Source: a virus
Taxonomy: Duplodnaviria > Caudoviricetes
Virus record (IMG/VR): IMGVR_UViG_3300021335_000016
Span: 1-61,106 of that record
DNA length: 61,106 nucleotides
Strand: one strand, 5' to 3'
Positions 1 to 9,534 of the stretch are shown in pieces. The translations under genes and the position numbers were made by a program. The notes beneath the pieces were generated by a model. That model did not search any database. It was given only the letters and a program-made list of their open reading frames with translations, and was not told the DNA's origin. Numbering within the stretch: position 1 is the first letter of the stretch; each line of letters opens with the position of its first letter.

Positions 1-214
1 GATTTAATTCACCTACTGCACGTTGTGTGCGCACCTGTTCCGTATCATACTTAGAAACTGCATTCTCCAAGATTGCTCTTGGATAAATTCTACCATTTCT
101 GTTCTTTTGTTCAGCTTGGGCAAAGATACCTTCAATGACATAGTTCTTGCTGCCATCTTCTTTAGCTTCAACAATATATTCAACATCTTCTACATGTTCT
201 GTAATCAGTTTCAT
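1..214 (-). CDS. gp21: Prohead protease, N-terminal part (runs off the window)
   Basis: Not in the ORF track. Manual translation from ATG at 214 gives MKLITEHVEDVEYIVEAKEDGSKNYVIEGIFAQAEQKNRNGRIYPRAIL...AVGELN. IEGIF-x-Q-x4-NRNGRIYP and GEL are T4 gp21 motifs. ATGA overlap with the upstream ORF. Confidence 0.93.
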   Translation of the reverse strand, partial: MKLITEHVEDVEYIVEAKEDGSKNYVIEGIFAQAEQKNRNGRIYPRAILENAVSKYDTEQVRTQRAVGELN

Positions 215-489
215 TTGAAGTATCCACCTGTTCCAGTTCTTTTGCCGCCTATCTTAGAAGAGCTTGCTCCACCGAGATTACTCTTACTCATCATCTGACC
301 AAAATTTCGGGCAGACTTCATAGCCTCCCGTTCGTTGTCTTCTGTATCTACAGTCTGGTTATCAAACATGATATGAAACTTATCATCTTTCTTTGTAACC
401 ATAACTTCACCACCTTTGGTATCTAAGACCTTTACGATCTTATGACCCTTTGGTGCGATATTAAGACTAAATTCCTTAAATGTCTTCAT
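211..489 (-). CDS. Small basic protein at the gp68 (prohead core) position
   Basis: 92 aa, MKTFKEF start, lies between the gp67-like ORF and gp21. Assignment by synteny only. Confidence 0.5.
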   Translation of the reverse strand: MKTFKEFSLNIAPKGHKIVKVLDTKGGEVMVTKKDDKFHIMFDNQTVDTEDNEREAMKSARNFGQMMSKSNLGGASSSKIGGKRTGTGGYFK

Positions 490-721
490 CTTCTGCTTCT
501 GCTTCCGATTCTAATTCTTCTGTTTCTGAGGCAAGTTCTACTTCATCTTCCATTTCAAGCTCATCATCAGTAACATTATTAAAGACTTGATTAGCAACAC
601 GAATCTTCTCATCATCTAAACGAGATGAAAGTTTATCGTTAAGCAGTTCAGAAAACTGCTTTTCTGCTTCAACAAAGTTTTTAGTAGTAACATTATTTAA
701 AAAGTCAACAATCTCAGTCAT
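476..721 (-). CDS. Acidic prohead core protein, gp67-like
   Basis: 81 aa with a Glu/Asp-rich tail, directly downstream of the portal gene and preceded by a late promoter. Confidence 0.65.
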   Translation of the reverse strand: MTEIVDFLNNVTTKNFVEAEKQFSELLNDKLSSRLDDEKIRVANQVFNNVTDDELEMEDEVELASETEELESEAEAEDEDI

Positions 722-751
722 TTATTTTGCCTCATCAAAATTTCGTAATAA

Positions 752-759
752 TATTTATA
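752..759 (-). promoter_or_regulatory. T4 late promoter TATAAATA
   Basis: tatttata on + strand, about 30 nt upstream of the ORF starting at 721. Confidence 0.8.
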
Positions 760-764
760 ATAAT

Positions 765-2294
765 TTAAACTTCAGGTTCAGGTTCTTCAATTTCACCAGA
801 TTTCTTTTCTTTATCAATCTGATCTTTCATTGTTTTAATGTCATCATCGGATAACATCAATACATTCTTTTGTGTCCATTCTTTAGAATAGAACGTGCCA
901 AGATATGGTTCTAAGTCTCTCAACATATTCAAACGTTCTCTAAGAATTTCTGCATCTTTGAGTTCCGTAAAGTAATTGTCTGTGATATACTCTAGAGTAA
1001 TATCATTCTTCCATTCATTCCAATCCTCTTCAGTAATAATACCTTTGAGTAGCAGTTGCTTTTTTAGAATGTTATAGAACAAGTCTGCAAATCTTCTGCG
1101 CAGTCTGTCAACAAACTTTTGAAACTTAAACTCATCTCTGGTAATCTCAGTAGTTCTACCAAGAATACCACCACCTGCTTGTTCTGGGTCAAGTCTACCT
1201 ACAGGAACATTAAGTGCTTTATAGAGTTTCTTTTGGAAGTAAATGATATCATCAATCTCACCCAAGTTCTGACCACCTGGAAGTGTAGAAACTTCTGTAC
1301 CTCTACCACCTTCTCTTCTAGGAAGCCAAAAGTCTTCAAGCATTGACATATGCTTAGAATCATTTTTGAGGTCACCTGTATTAGCATCATAGACCAGTTT
1401 ATTTCTGTATCTGGTCATAATGTCTTTCAGATACTGTTCTGCTTTACCTCTAGGTAAGTTACCTACATCAACATAGAAAATACGTCTTTCAGGCGCACGG
1501 GAAAGTCTGTAGATAACCAAAGCATCTTCCATCATACGCAATTGATTGATGGGTTTTAGTGCTTTATGTAAGTATGATACTACTTTCTTTTTAGTAGAAT
1601 CAAGTAACCCACTAGTAACATAACTAATAGCATCTGGATAAATCTTTACCGTAGTTCCACCCTTCATTGTATTTTCAAATCTAGTTTGATTAGTATCAGA
1701 ATATAAGAAGTATTCATCAACTTTTTTTATAATATCTACACCAGTAGCAGGGTCTTTTTCTTTTTTAACTTCTTTTACTTTGCGAATTTTCGTAGAATCA
1801 ATAGGTCTGACTTCTTGAATACCATTACCTGGATTCTTAGGGTCTACTACCAAATGATGATAAATACGACCATCAATATAATATCTGCGGAAAATATCAT
1901 GTGCATAGTTTTTAAAGTCAAGCATATTTAAAACATTATCAAACTCTTCCTTGATCTGCTTCTTAATAGAATCTGTAGTTTCTATTTCATCAAGGTTCAA
2001 CTCAACAATGTCATCTTCACCAGAAATAACTTCATTTACAATATCTTCAATAGCACCATCCACTTCTGGATGCATCGCTACTGTGCGATACTGTCTAATT
2101 AAATCTTTATCGTCTTTTGCTTTATCACCAGTTAAGTCAATATAGGAACCATAATGGCTTCCGGCAGCAGTAACATACCCTGCACCATCATCATCTAATG
2201 GTGGGACAATAGACGGTAGTTGTTCTTTTTTCTTTTCGTTTCTTGCTCTAGAGATTTCAAATCCGAAGAGTTTTAAACTATTATCGTCTGCCAA
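765..2294 (-). CDS. gp20: Portal vertex protein
   Basis: Motifs YLHKALKPINQLRMMEDALVIYRLSRAPERRIFYVDVGNLP and MLEDFWLPRREGGRGTEVSTLPGGQNLG. TTG start. Confidence 0.98.
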   Translation of the reverse strand: MADDNSLKLFGFEISRARNEKKKEQLPSIVPPLDDDGAGYVTAAGSHYGSYIDLTGDKAKDDKDLIRQYRTVAMHPEVDGAIEDIVNEVISGEDDIVELNLDEIETTDSIKKQIKEEFDNVLNMLDFKNYAHDIFRRYYIDGRIYHHLVVDPKNPGNGIQEVRPIDSTKIRKVKEVKKEKDPATGVDIIKKVDEYFLYSDTNQTRFENTMKGGTTVKIYPDAISYVTSGLLDSTKKKVVSYLHKALKPINQLRMMEDALVIYRLSRAPERRIFYVDVGNLPRGKAEQYLKDIMTRYRNKLVYDANTGDLKNDSKHMSMLEDFWLPRREGGRGTEVSTLPGGQNLGEIDDIIYFQKKLYKALNVPVGRLDPEQAGGGILGRTTEITRDEFKFQKFVDRLRRRFADLFYNILKKQLLLKGIITEEDWNEWKNDITLEYITDNYFTELKDAEILRERLNMLRDLEPYLGTFYSKEWTQKNVLMLSDDDIKTMKDQIDKEKKSGEIEEPEPEV

Positions 2295-2314
2295 AACATT
2301 TCTCCAAATAGTAT

Positions 2315-2348
2315 AATAAGGGGCAGTTTATTCTACCCCTTATTTATC
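2315..2348 (-). terminator. Stem-loop after gp19, overlapping a late-promoter variant (GATAAATA, 2341-2348) for gp20
   Basis: Minus-strand AAUAAGGGGUAG-AAUAAA-CUGCCCCUUAUU with one U-G pair, then AU-rich sequence. Confidence 0.6.
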
Positions 2349-2355
2349 ACTTCTG

Positions 2356-2883
2356 TTAGGAAGTTGTGTTGGATTCCCAATACTGGACTTGGAAAGTCAC
2401 AGAGAATTCCTCAATAGCTGCCGCTGGATCGTAGGACAGGTCAATCGGATCAATGTTAGTTGGGAAACACCCACGGAAGTTGTAGGTTTTAAGAGTAGAA
2501 CCATCTCTGTCAAGTTGCTCTACAATCAAGTCTGCCTGATAGTCTACAGGATTGTTAATACCAGTATTTGCAGAGTGTGCGTTAATACCGTTCATCCAAC
2601 GTTCCATTGCATCTCTCACAGCAAAGTCAGTGTCATTGATAATCGTTGGTGTCCAAACATCAAATGTTCTGTCACCAGCAATCTTCAACTCACGACCACG
2701 GAAAGGCACAATGATTTCAGACATGATAGAACCGGGCAACTGAGCTGCCCGACACATAAATGAGGTAAGTTCTACATTACCGTTTGCATAACCTGGAAAG
2801 TTGATCGTTGCTTTAAATAGATTAGGTCTAGCACCGCCACCTTTCAGTTTTGCTTTGAAGTCATCAACTCCAAGAATAGCCAT
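2356..2883 (-). CDS. gp19: Tail tube protein
   Basis: Motifs GGARPNLF, FRGRELKIAGDRTF, FPTNIDPIDLSYD, IEEFSVTF. Confidence 0.97.
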   Translation of the reverse strand: MAILGVDDFKAKLKGGGARPNLFKATINFPGYANGNVELTSFMCRAAQLPGSIMSEIIVPFRGRELKIAGDRTFDVWTPTIINDTDFAVRDAMERWMNGINAHSANTGINNPVDYQADLIVEQLDRDGSTLKTYNFRGCFPTNIDPIDLSYDPAAAIEEFSVTFQVQYWESNTTS

Positions 2884-2909
2884 CTTTTATATCTCCTTAG
2901 TTAAGCGGT

Positions 2910-4739
2910 TTAGAATGACAGACCAACTACTTCTTCAAAGTCCACGCCAGTTCTAACTGCTACAAAGTTCAGTGTAATGTAGTTGATAGAACGTGCTGGT
3001 TTAATGAAGATAGTAGCAATGAATTCATTGCGATCAATAATTTCAGGTGTGTTGTTTGTTTCGTCACAAACTACTCTGAAGTCAGTGATACCACGACGAC
3101 CCTTTACTTCTCTCAGGAAAGGTTCTACAATGTTTACAAATTCTGCTCTGGTAAATTCATCGTTGAATTCAAACAGTACAGAACGTGCTGCACGGGAGAT
3201 TGCTCTTTCAAGAGTAAGGAAAAGTCTGCGAACGTTAATTCTGTCAAATGCAGAAGGACGACGCAACATTGTTTTATCACCAAACAGTGTAATACCACCA
3301 CCTGGAATATTTGCGATTGGGTTTACATTTGCTCTGTAGAGTCTGTCACGTTCTGCCTTTACAGGAGACTGAGCAATATCTACAACACCAAAATACTGAC
3401 CCCTTCTCAGACCAGCAGGCGAGAACCAAGGAGCAGTATTGAAGTCAGTTTGTGCCATCAGACCAGCAGTAGAAGATGCAGCTGGAATGTAAATGTATTC
3501 GTCATTATACTTGTCAAATACTTTTAACCAGTTGTTATCAAGGAAGATATACGAACTGGATGGAAGTCTGTCTGCAAACTCAATAGTGTCAGTTACAGGA
3601 GATGTTGTATTAATTACAGCATGCTTTGGTGGAGATGCTACTACAATACAATCTTTACGGGTAAGAGAAGCAATAGAGTGCAAGTCAGTAATGATTGTAT
3701 CTGCTGCGACATCTTGTGCTGCATCAGTTCCAGAAGTAACTGCTGGAGCAATCAGGAAGTCTACCTGATATGCGTCTACATCTTCAACCAAATCAAATGC
3801 ATTTGCATATGCAGAAGCGCCCAGAGATTGAGCATTAGCACCATTTGCAAGTCTGATAGTCTTCACTACTTGCTTATCAGTAGCAAGAGCAAAGTCTGTA
3901 CTTTCATCTGCATCTGTGCCAGCACCTGCTACTCTGTAGTCAGAGTCAATGTTAGCAGCATCAGCAAGCCAAATGTAAGACGATTGATTATTAATTACGT
4001 CTGCAATGTAGTTTGTAGAACCATCTGCATTCTTTGCATTAGATGCAAGAGAGACAAATGGGAATGTTTCAAGAACAGTACCTTTAGTTCCTGTAAACTC
4101 ACCACCTCTATCAACTACAGCTACATGAATTTCATCATTGGTAGCAGTTTTACCTGTTGCAAAAGCAGAAGTTCCTGGTGCAGAGTTAAATTCATTCTTC
4201 AATCCCCAACCATCATAGGCAGAATCTGCGCCTGTGTCAAATGGACAGAGTTGAATTTCAAGAGAGTTGCCCAAAGTCCCTGGATACTTTGCCAAGAAAC
4301 CGTGGAAACCAGATGAAGAATCATCCAGAACAGTACCTCTTCTATTATCAAAGTCATCTTCATTAAGAATAGCAGGTTGATTAGAATCTCTGCTTTGACC
4401 ATCAACACCGTTATTAGCAAAACTAGAAACAGTGTCAACATGGTAAGCATTAAGTGCAGTAGAAGTTCCACTGTCTAAAGCACGAATTACTAAAAGTTGA
4501 TCGGAATATCTTGAGAAATAAGCAGCAGAATGAAAATCTACCGCATTGTTTGTGTCAGGTGAAGCAAATTTTTCTACAAGGTCTGCTTCATTATACACAT
4601 ATGTTGGTACATCAACTGGACCCCAGCGAAAGTTACCTGCAAACACACCCGTCGATGTGCTAACGTTAGGAACGTATCCTGTGAGGTCAATCTCACGGGT
4701 TACTACAGCTGGAGACAGTGAAGGCGTGAAAAAAGCCAT
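2910..4739 (-). CDS. gp18: Tail sheath protein
   Basis: Motifs SPAVVTREIDLT, FRWGP, WFSPAGLRRG, FDRINVRRLF, FIKPARSINYITLNFVAVRTG. Confidence 0.98.
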   Translation of the reverse strand: MAFFTPSLSPAVVTREIDLTGYVPNVSTSTGVFAGNFRWGPVDVPTYVYNEADLVEKFASPDTNNAVDFHSAAYFSRYSDQLLVIRALDSGTSTALNAYHVDTVSSFANNGVDGQSRDSNQPAILNEDDFDNRRGTVLDDSSSGFHGFLAKYPGTLGNSLEIQLCPFDTGADSAYDGWGLKNEFNSAPGTSAFATGKTATNDEIHVAVVDRGGEFTGTKGTVLETFPFVSLASNAKNADGSTNYIADVINNQSSYIWLADAANIDSDYRVAGAGTDADESTDFALATDKQVVKTIRLANGANAQSLGASAYANAFDLVEDVDAYQVDFLIAPAVTSGTDAAQDVAADTIITDLHSIASLTRKDCIVVASPPKHAVINTTSPVTDTIEFADRLPSSSYIFLDNNWLKVFDKYNDEYIYIPAASSTAGLMAQTDFNTAPWFSPAGLRRGQYFGVVDIAQSPVKAERDRLYRANVNPIANIPGGGITLFGDKTMLRRPSAFDRINVRRLFLTLERAISRAARSVLFEFNDEFTRAEFVNIVEPFLREVKGRRGITDFRVVCDETNNTPEIIDRNEFIATIFIKPARSINYITLNFVAVRTGVDFEEVVGLSF

Positions 4740-4811
4740 TTTCGGTCTTCCTTTTTTTCGTTTGAATTAATAATAAGTTACCCATGATAAGTCAGTTTCA
4801 AAACACGATAA

Positions 4812-4819
4812 TATTTATA
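4812..4819 (-). promoter_or_regulatory. T4 late promoter TATAAATA for gp18-gp19
   Basis: Exact match within the palindromic tatttataaata (4812-4823). Confidence 0.8.
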
Positions 4820-4830
4820 AATATCTGATT

Positions 4831-6417
4831 TTAGAACATTTCTGTGTTAGTTGATATCCAAACATCACCACCATGCACTTCTGTTTCTTCTTTTTCTAGT
4901 CCATCATCAATAATTCCTACAGGTACAATCTCATCTTCAATTGCTTTCATTTTCTCTTCATATAGTAGTTGCTTCATTGTCACATCAGTTTGATTAACAA
5001 ATGCTTCACTACCAACATACCATGCAAACATAACCAAGTTCATAACCAAGTCATCATGGTTGCCATCAGATGCTTCAAAAGAATCACGTCTTGCTTCAAA
5101 AGTAGAACACTCACTAATCGTATCTAAGTCAACAATATGCAATCGTTTTTCTTCAATCAAGTCTTTTAGATTAGAACAACCAATACGTTTAACTTTACGG
5201 TTCATAGTCATACCAATTGCACCTGCTTTAATCATGGACTCTACATGCATATTCTCATATTCAATATCATAGTAAAGACCATTTGCAACTACAGAACCTG
5301 CATCATTTGATTCAATAATAACATATGCTTCATTATATCTCTTTGCCCATTTATGAATAATATCAGGGAAAAGAATAGGTGAAATCATATTACTTCTATA
5401 ACAAGTAACCTGTTTAAATGGTGTAGCTGAAATATCAATAATATTAAATGTAGAGTAATCTTGCCCACGACCTTTAGCAACATCTACAGTCATAATATAA
5501 TCATGGTTTGCTTTTGGTTCTTCATAGACTTTTACATTATCAAGGTCAACAATAGGGTTTACTGCTTTCATATTCATTAGTGCATCAGCAGAGATAAGTG
5601 TATTACCTGTGCCGAAGAACGTATTTCCAAATTCTTGCTGAAATTGTAGTTCTGAAGTATTTGAGATAGTTTGTTTCTTCCACTCTTCATCACGTCCCGG
5701 AACGTCCCACCAGTCTACTCTGAAGGGTTTAAATTCATTTGTGGACTGAACTGCACCCTCATAAAGTTTATGAAAAGTATTACCAATACCATTAGCAGTA
5801 GAAGTAATAATCACCCTAGAAGTTTTACCAGATGAAATAACAGGATAGGTAGAGGTATAGAATGTTGCTGCATCTTCTACAAATGCAAACTCGTCCAGAA
5901 ACAATAGATTCACTGCAAGACCACGAATAGAAGAACCAGAAGTTGCTGCTGCCATAATTCTAGAATTGTTTGAAAATTCAATAGAACCTTTGTTGAGTGC
6001 TTTAGTTCCCGGTTGCAGAAAGAATGGAATATTCTCAAGTGCAAGTGTAATACGAGAAAGCATTTCTCTAGCAGTAGCACCTTTGTTTGCCAACACAGCA
6101 ATAGTCTGATCGGGATTGAATAATGCATACCATAGAATATACATACACGAACTAATAGACTTACCAGACTGTCTACAGGCTAATACAATAGAGAATCTGT
6201 TTTCTTGGAAGTGTTTGAACATTTCTTTTTGATAAGGATACATCTTAAAAGGTGTTAGACCTTTATCTAGGTTGATTACCTTACCATAGTTCTCTGCAAA
6301 ATATACAGGGTCTTGCATACATCTTTGGTATTCAACAATGTCTTCTTTAGTCCAACCTTGCTCAACACCATCTTTTTTTACTTGGGAATTGCCAAGATAG
6401 GTTTGTTTTTCATTCAT
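4831..6417 (-). CDS. gp17: Terminase large subunit
   Basis: Adenine-binding motif YPYQ, Walker A RQSGKS, Walker B LLFLDEFAF, ITSTANG, nuclease motifs TVDVAKG and HDDLVM. Confidence 0.98.
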   Translation of the reverse strand: MNEKQTYLGNSQVKKDGVEQGWTKEDIVEYQRCMQDPVYFAENYGKVINLDKGLTPFKMYPYQKEMFKHFQENRFSIVLACRQSGKSISSCMYILWYALFNPDQTIAVLANKGATAREMLSRITLALENIPFFLQPGTKALNKGSIEFSNNSRIMAAATSGSSIRGLAVNLLFLDEFAFVEDAATFYTSTYPVISSGKTSRVIITSTANGIGNTFHKLYEGAVQSTNEFKPFRVDWWDVPGRDEEWKKQTISNTSELQFQQEFGNTFFGTGNTLISADALMNMKAVNPIVDLDNVKVYEEPKANHDYIMTVDVAKGRGQDYSTFNIIDISATPFKQVTCYRSNMISPILFPDIIHKWAKRYNEAYVIIESNDAGSVVANGLYYDIEYENMHVESMIKAGAIGMTMNRKVKRIGCSNLKDLIEEKRLHIVDLDTISECSTFEARRDSFEASDGNHDDLVMNLVMFAWYVGSEAFVNQTDVTMKQLLYEEKMKAIEDEIVPVGIIDDGLEKEETEVHGGDVWISTNTEMF

Positions 6418-6661
6418 TTTTTATAAATCTTTTTGCTAGTTTATGGAGTGTATAGAACCAAATCCCGTTAATGATGGGTTCTACAATTGCATCAATAGCC
6501 GCTAACTCCATAGCTGCACCGGTAATTAACCAGTTGCAGATTGTGGCAATAAAGATATGCCCAATAGTATAAATGATTGCTAATGCAATACTAGACTCGC
6601 CAATGAGTCTTTTAAGGAGTTTGAATATCCCCTTTGTCAATTCCGTCATAATCATGGTCAA
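6410..6661 (-). CDS. Small two-helix membrane protein, DUF2061-like
   Basis: IYTIGHIFIA...AIVEPIINGIWFYTLHK resembles DUF2061. Overlaps both gp16 and gp17. True start may be the later Met (MTELTK). Confidence 0.6.
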   Translation of the reverse strand: MTMIMTELTKGIFKLLKRLIGESSIALAIIYTIGHIFIATICNWLITGAAMELAAIDAIVEPIINGIWFYTLHKLAKRFIKNE

Positions 6662-7025
6662 TCACCTTCTCTCCATCTCCACGCAGCATTTTCTGTAATT
6701 CTGCTGTGGAACCTACAAATACATTCTGTGTAAGAGACTTTTGTTCCTCTGGCGCACCTTTGGCCTGAGTTACATTAATCTCTTGATTCTTTTTATGCAT
6801 TGCCAATAAAGCATGTGCATTTTCTGATTGTTGCTTAATCATACCAGTCAAGACTTCAATAGCCCGAGGATGTTCCATTTCTTCTGCAACATCTTTGGCA
6901 AGCCTAAGACCCTCTTCACCTTGAAGTAAAAGAGTGCGTAAAGTAGACCGAACAAGGTCTAGGTCTTCATCATAACTAGAATGAACACCTTCAGGAATAT
7001 CTTTTTTTGGCACTATATTGTTCAT
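6612..7025 (-). CDS. gp16: Terminase small subunit
   Basis: Motifs EHPRAIEVL and VFVGSTAELQKML; synteny. Confidence 0.92.
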   Translation of the reverse strand: MNNIVPKKDIPEGVHSSYDEDLDLVRSTLRTLLLQGEEGLRLAKDVAEEMEHPRAIEVLTGMIKQQSENAHALLAMHKKNQEINVTQAKGAPEEQKSLTQNVFVGSTAELQKMLRGDGEKVIDHDYDGIDKGDIQTP

Positions 7026-7828
7026 GCACTATCCCCTTCACCCGGAATAATAAATGTTTCAGTAAATCCATAATCACTGTCAGGATTTACATTAAGTGGG
7101 TCTGGTTCAACAATGATACGTTCAAACAAGTTATCTGAATCTGTGAGACTATAAGAACCTACTGTCGGAACATCTGGGTCTCTAAAGTCTACAATAGCCT
7201 TACGAATGATAGAACTATCAGCAATAGGTCCATAGAAACTTGTTTTAAGTTCAAAGTCTAATGTATATATAATTGTTCTTCTGTTTTCTAATGATCCTTC
7301 ATAATCATCTGTAAAAGAAATACCAATCAAAGTAATAGGAATATCTTCTGTAATATCTGGGTAATCACTAAACTGTTTCATAGTAATGGTATAAGAAGGA
7401 TTGAAGAATGGTAAAATTTGCTCAAGTATTTGAACAGCATCTTCATTTGTCTTTGCTAAAATATTCAATTGAAAGTTAAGAATATAAGGAACAGAAGTAA
7501 AGAACTTTGTCTTTTTATTATTATCTGTTACAATATTTTTAGTAAAGTTATTTGTCTTTGGTAATTGTCTAGTAGGATCAAAGTAAAGAGAAGACATTTC
7601 AAATCCCATTCTAGGGAGTTTGATTGCCAGCTTAGCATCTGCCATATCTTCTGTTTCACGAATACGGTCTAAGAACTTCTGTTTTGGTGAATAACTTAGA
7701 GGAACTTTGATTTGACTGATTACATTACCACTAGAATCTTTTCTAATCAGATGAATATTATTAAACAGTGTCCCAAATACAGCAACACACTTTCTAATCT
7801 TTTCATGGTAGAAGTGTTGATTAAACAT
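7022..7828 (-). CDS. gp15: Tail sheath stabilizer / tail completion protein
   Basis: Motifs FYHEKIRK..VFGTLFNNI, KVPLSYSPKQKF, LPRMGFE, QILEQILPFFNP. Confidence 0.95.
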   Translation of the reverse strand: MFNQHFYHEKIRKCVAVFGTLFNNIHLIRKDSSGNVISQIKVPLSYSPKQKFLDRIRETEDMADAKLAIKLPRMGFEMSSLYFDPTRQLPKTNNFTKNIVTDNNKKTKFFTSVPYILNFQLNILAKTNEDAVQILEQILPFFNPSYTITMKQFSDYPDITEDIPITLIGISFTDDYEGSLENRRTIIYTLDFELKTSFYGPIADSSIIRKAIVDFRDPDVPTVGSYSLTDSDNLFERIIVEPDPLNVNPDSDYGFTETFIIPGEGDSA

Positions 7829-7829
7829 A

Positions 7830-8729
7830 TTATGTCACCTCTCCGAACGGGTTACCTTCACTAAAGTCAATAATATTATCACCTTCAGTTTCAAAGAAAG
7901 TATTCTGTTGTGTAGTCTGAATCAGATTATTTTCTCTAACAGATAATACTGTGTATGTATCACTATCTTGTACCCCATATTCATTATTAAATAGATTTTT
8001 AATGTCACCTGTTGTAAAGACATGATACTTACCATCATCTGCACCAATATGAACTAGTGTGAGTTCATTAGAACTATCATTCCACTTAGCAATCTCACCA
8101 GAAATCGTAACATCATTTGCAAGGCTTTGTTGAACAGTAGTACCTACCTGTAAGGTATCACTATCATTAGAAAAATCATTTAAAGTTAGAATATACTGAT
8201 AAGCATAGTCTTGTTCAATCTCATCAATGATAGGAATATCTGTATCAAAGTCTTCATCATTGTATTCAAACAGTTCAATTTCCATACGGAATGTTGGAAG
8301 ATTAGATAACTGATAGAATGGTTGATCATCAATCACTCTCATGATTTCAAAGATTTGGTCAGACAATGGGAGATAAATCAAGTCACCTTCATTTGGTCTG
8401 ACTTGTGATGAAACATGGTCAAATGTTACTTCTTGCCATCTGCGCCTAGAAACATGTAGTGTTGCCCTGTCTCTAATCTCTACACCAAACTTTGTAAAGA
8501 GTTCTTGGTCACCATCAAAGTTGTCAATGTTTTCCAAATACATTTCAATTTTATATGCATCTTCAAACCTAGAAGCAACATCTTCACCAAAGATTTTATC
8601 TTCTGCTACAAGTGTTCTAGGCATATAGAAAACATCTTGCCCGTACATCTTGAGAGATTCGACAACAATATTTTCATATAGGTCTTGTTCTGATTTGACT
8701 GATTGACTGAAGTAGAGATTGGTAGCCAT
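7830..8729 (-). CDS. gp14: Neck protein
   Basis: Motifs EQDLYENIVVESLKMYGQDVFYMPR, RPNEGDLIYLP, PFYQL, DFSEGNPFG. Confidence 0.95.
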   Translation of the reverse strand: MATNLYFSQSVKSEQDLYENIVVESLKMYGQDVFYMPRTLVAEDKIFGEDVASRFEDAYKIEMYLENIDNFDGDQELFTKFGVEIRDRATLHVSRRRWQEVTFDHVSSQVRPNEGDLIYLPLSDQIFEIMRVIDDQPFYQLSNLPTFRMEIELFEYNDEDFDTDIPIIDEIEQDYAYQYILTLNDFSNDSDTLQVGTTVQQSLANDVTISGEIAKWNDSSNELTLVHIGADDGKYHVFTTGDIKNLFNNEYGVQDSDTYTVLSVRENNLIQTTQQNTFFETEGDNIIDFSEGNPFGEVT

Positions 8730-8733
8730 TACA

Positions 8734-9486
8734 TTATCCTACAAAAAAGTCAACAGGCAACTCGTATGTATTACGCAGTTTATCTTCTAGTCTAAGCATT
8801 TCTTGTGTTGCATCGTCATATAACTGTCTACCGTTCAATGTAACACCACCTGGAAGTTGCATACCTTCAAACTTAATCAAGTTTGCTCCCCATTGCTGTT
8901 TGATAGCCTGAGTAAGATACTCCTTGACAAACAAATCATTATATACATCAGTATGAGTTTCTGGGTCTACAATCTTGAAGGTTTCAAAGACAATATAATC
9001 ATCTTCTAAAATATCTTGGTCTGAAAACTTACCGTGAATGTAAACTCTGTTTTGATGTCTGTTAAAATCAATATGAGGATAACCAGTCAACTTTGCATCC
9101 AAAATAGCAAGATACTGCTTAGTCTGCTCATAGTATGCAAGATCACCAATATAGGTGTTCAAGTCATAGATATCATTTAAAGACATTTGATATTTAATGT
9201 CAAACATTCCAGCAGAGTTGCCAGAACCTCTTATCATAAAAAGTCTCTTGATATAAATTATACTATCGTCTACAGTAATATAACCATTAGAAATATCTGA
9301 AGAAGTGACTTGATGCTTTAGAAAAGTTCTGACTACTGCATCAGAATGATACTCCTGATACAATTGAAGTGTATCATCAGTCCTATCTTCTAACTGATCA
9401 ATATCTACATTGATTTCAATAACAGGTGCGCCAAGTCTTCTTAGACAATGATCTATGAGTTGGTCTCTGGTACTTGGTTTAGCCAT
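8734..9486 (-). CDS. gp13: Neck protein
   Basis: Motifs CLRRLGAPVIEINVD and KQQWGANLIKFEGMQLPGGVTLNG. Confidence 0.96.
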   Translation of the reverse strand: MAKPSTRDQLIDHCLRRLGAPVIEINVDIDQLEDRTDDTLQLYQEYHSDAVVRTFLKHQVTSSDISNGYITVDDSIIYIKRLFMIRGSGNSAGMFDIKYQMSLNDIYDLNTYIGDLAYYEQTKQYLAILDAKLTGYPHIDFNRHQNRVYIHGKFSDQDILEDDYIVFETFKIVDPETHTDVYNDLFVKEYLTQAIKQQWGANLIKFEGMQLPGGVTLNGRQLYDDATQEMLRLEDKLRNTYELPVDFFVG

Positions 9487-9534
9487 GCTTATTCCTTAGA
9501 TAACTATATTTATTATATATTTATCAATATTATT

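Noticed and set aside
765-6417. Introns or inteins in the portal, sheath or terminase genes
   Set aside because: All three are continuous ORFs of normal length with no intein or homing-endonuclease motifs.
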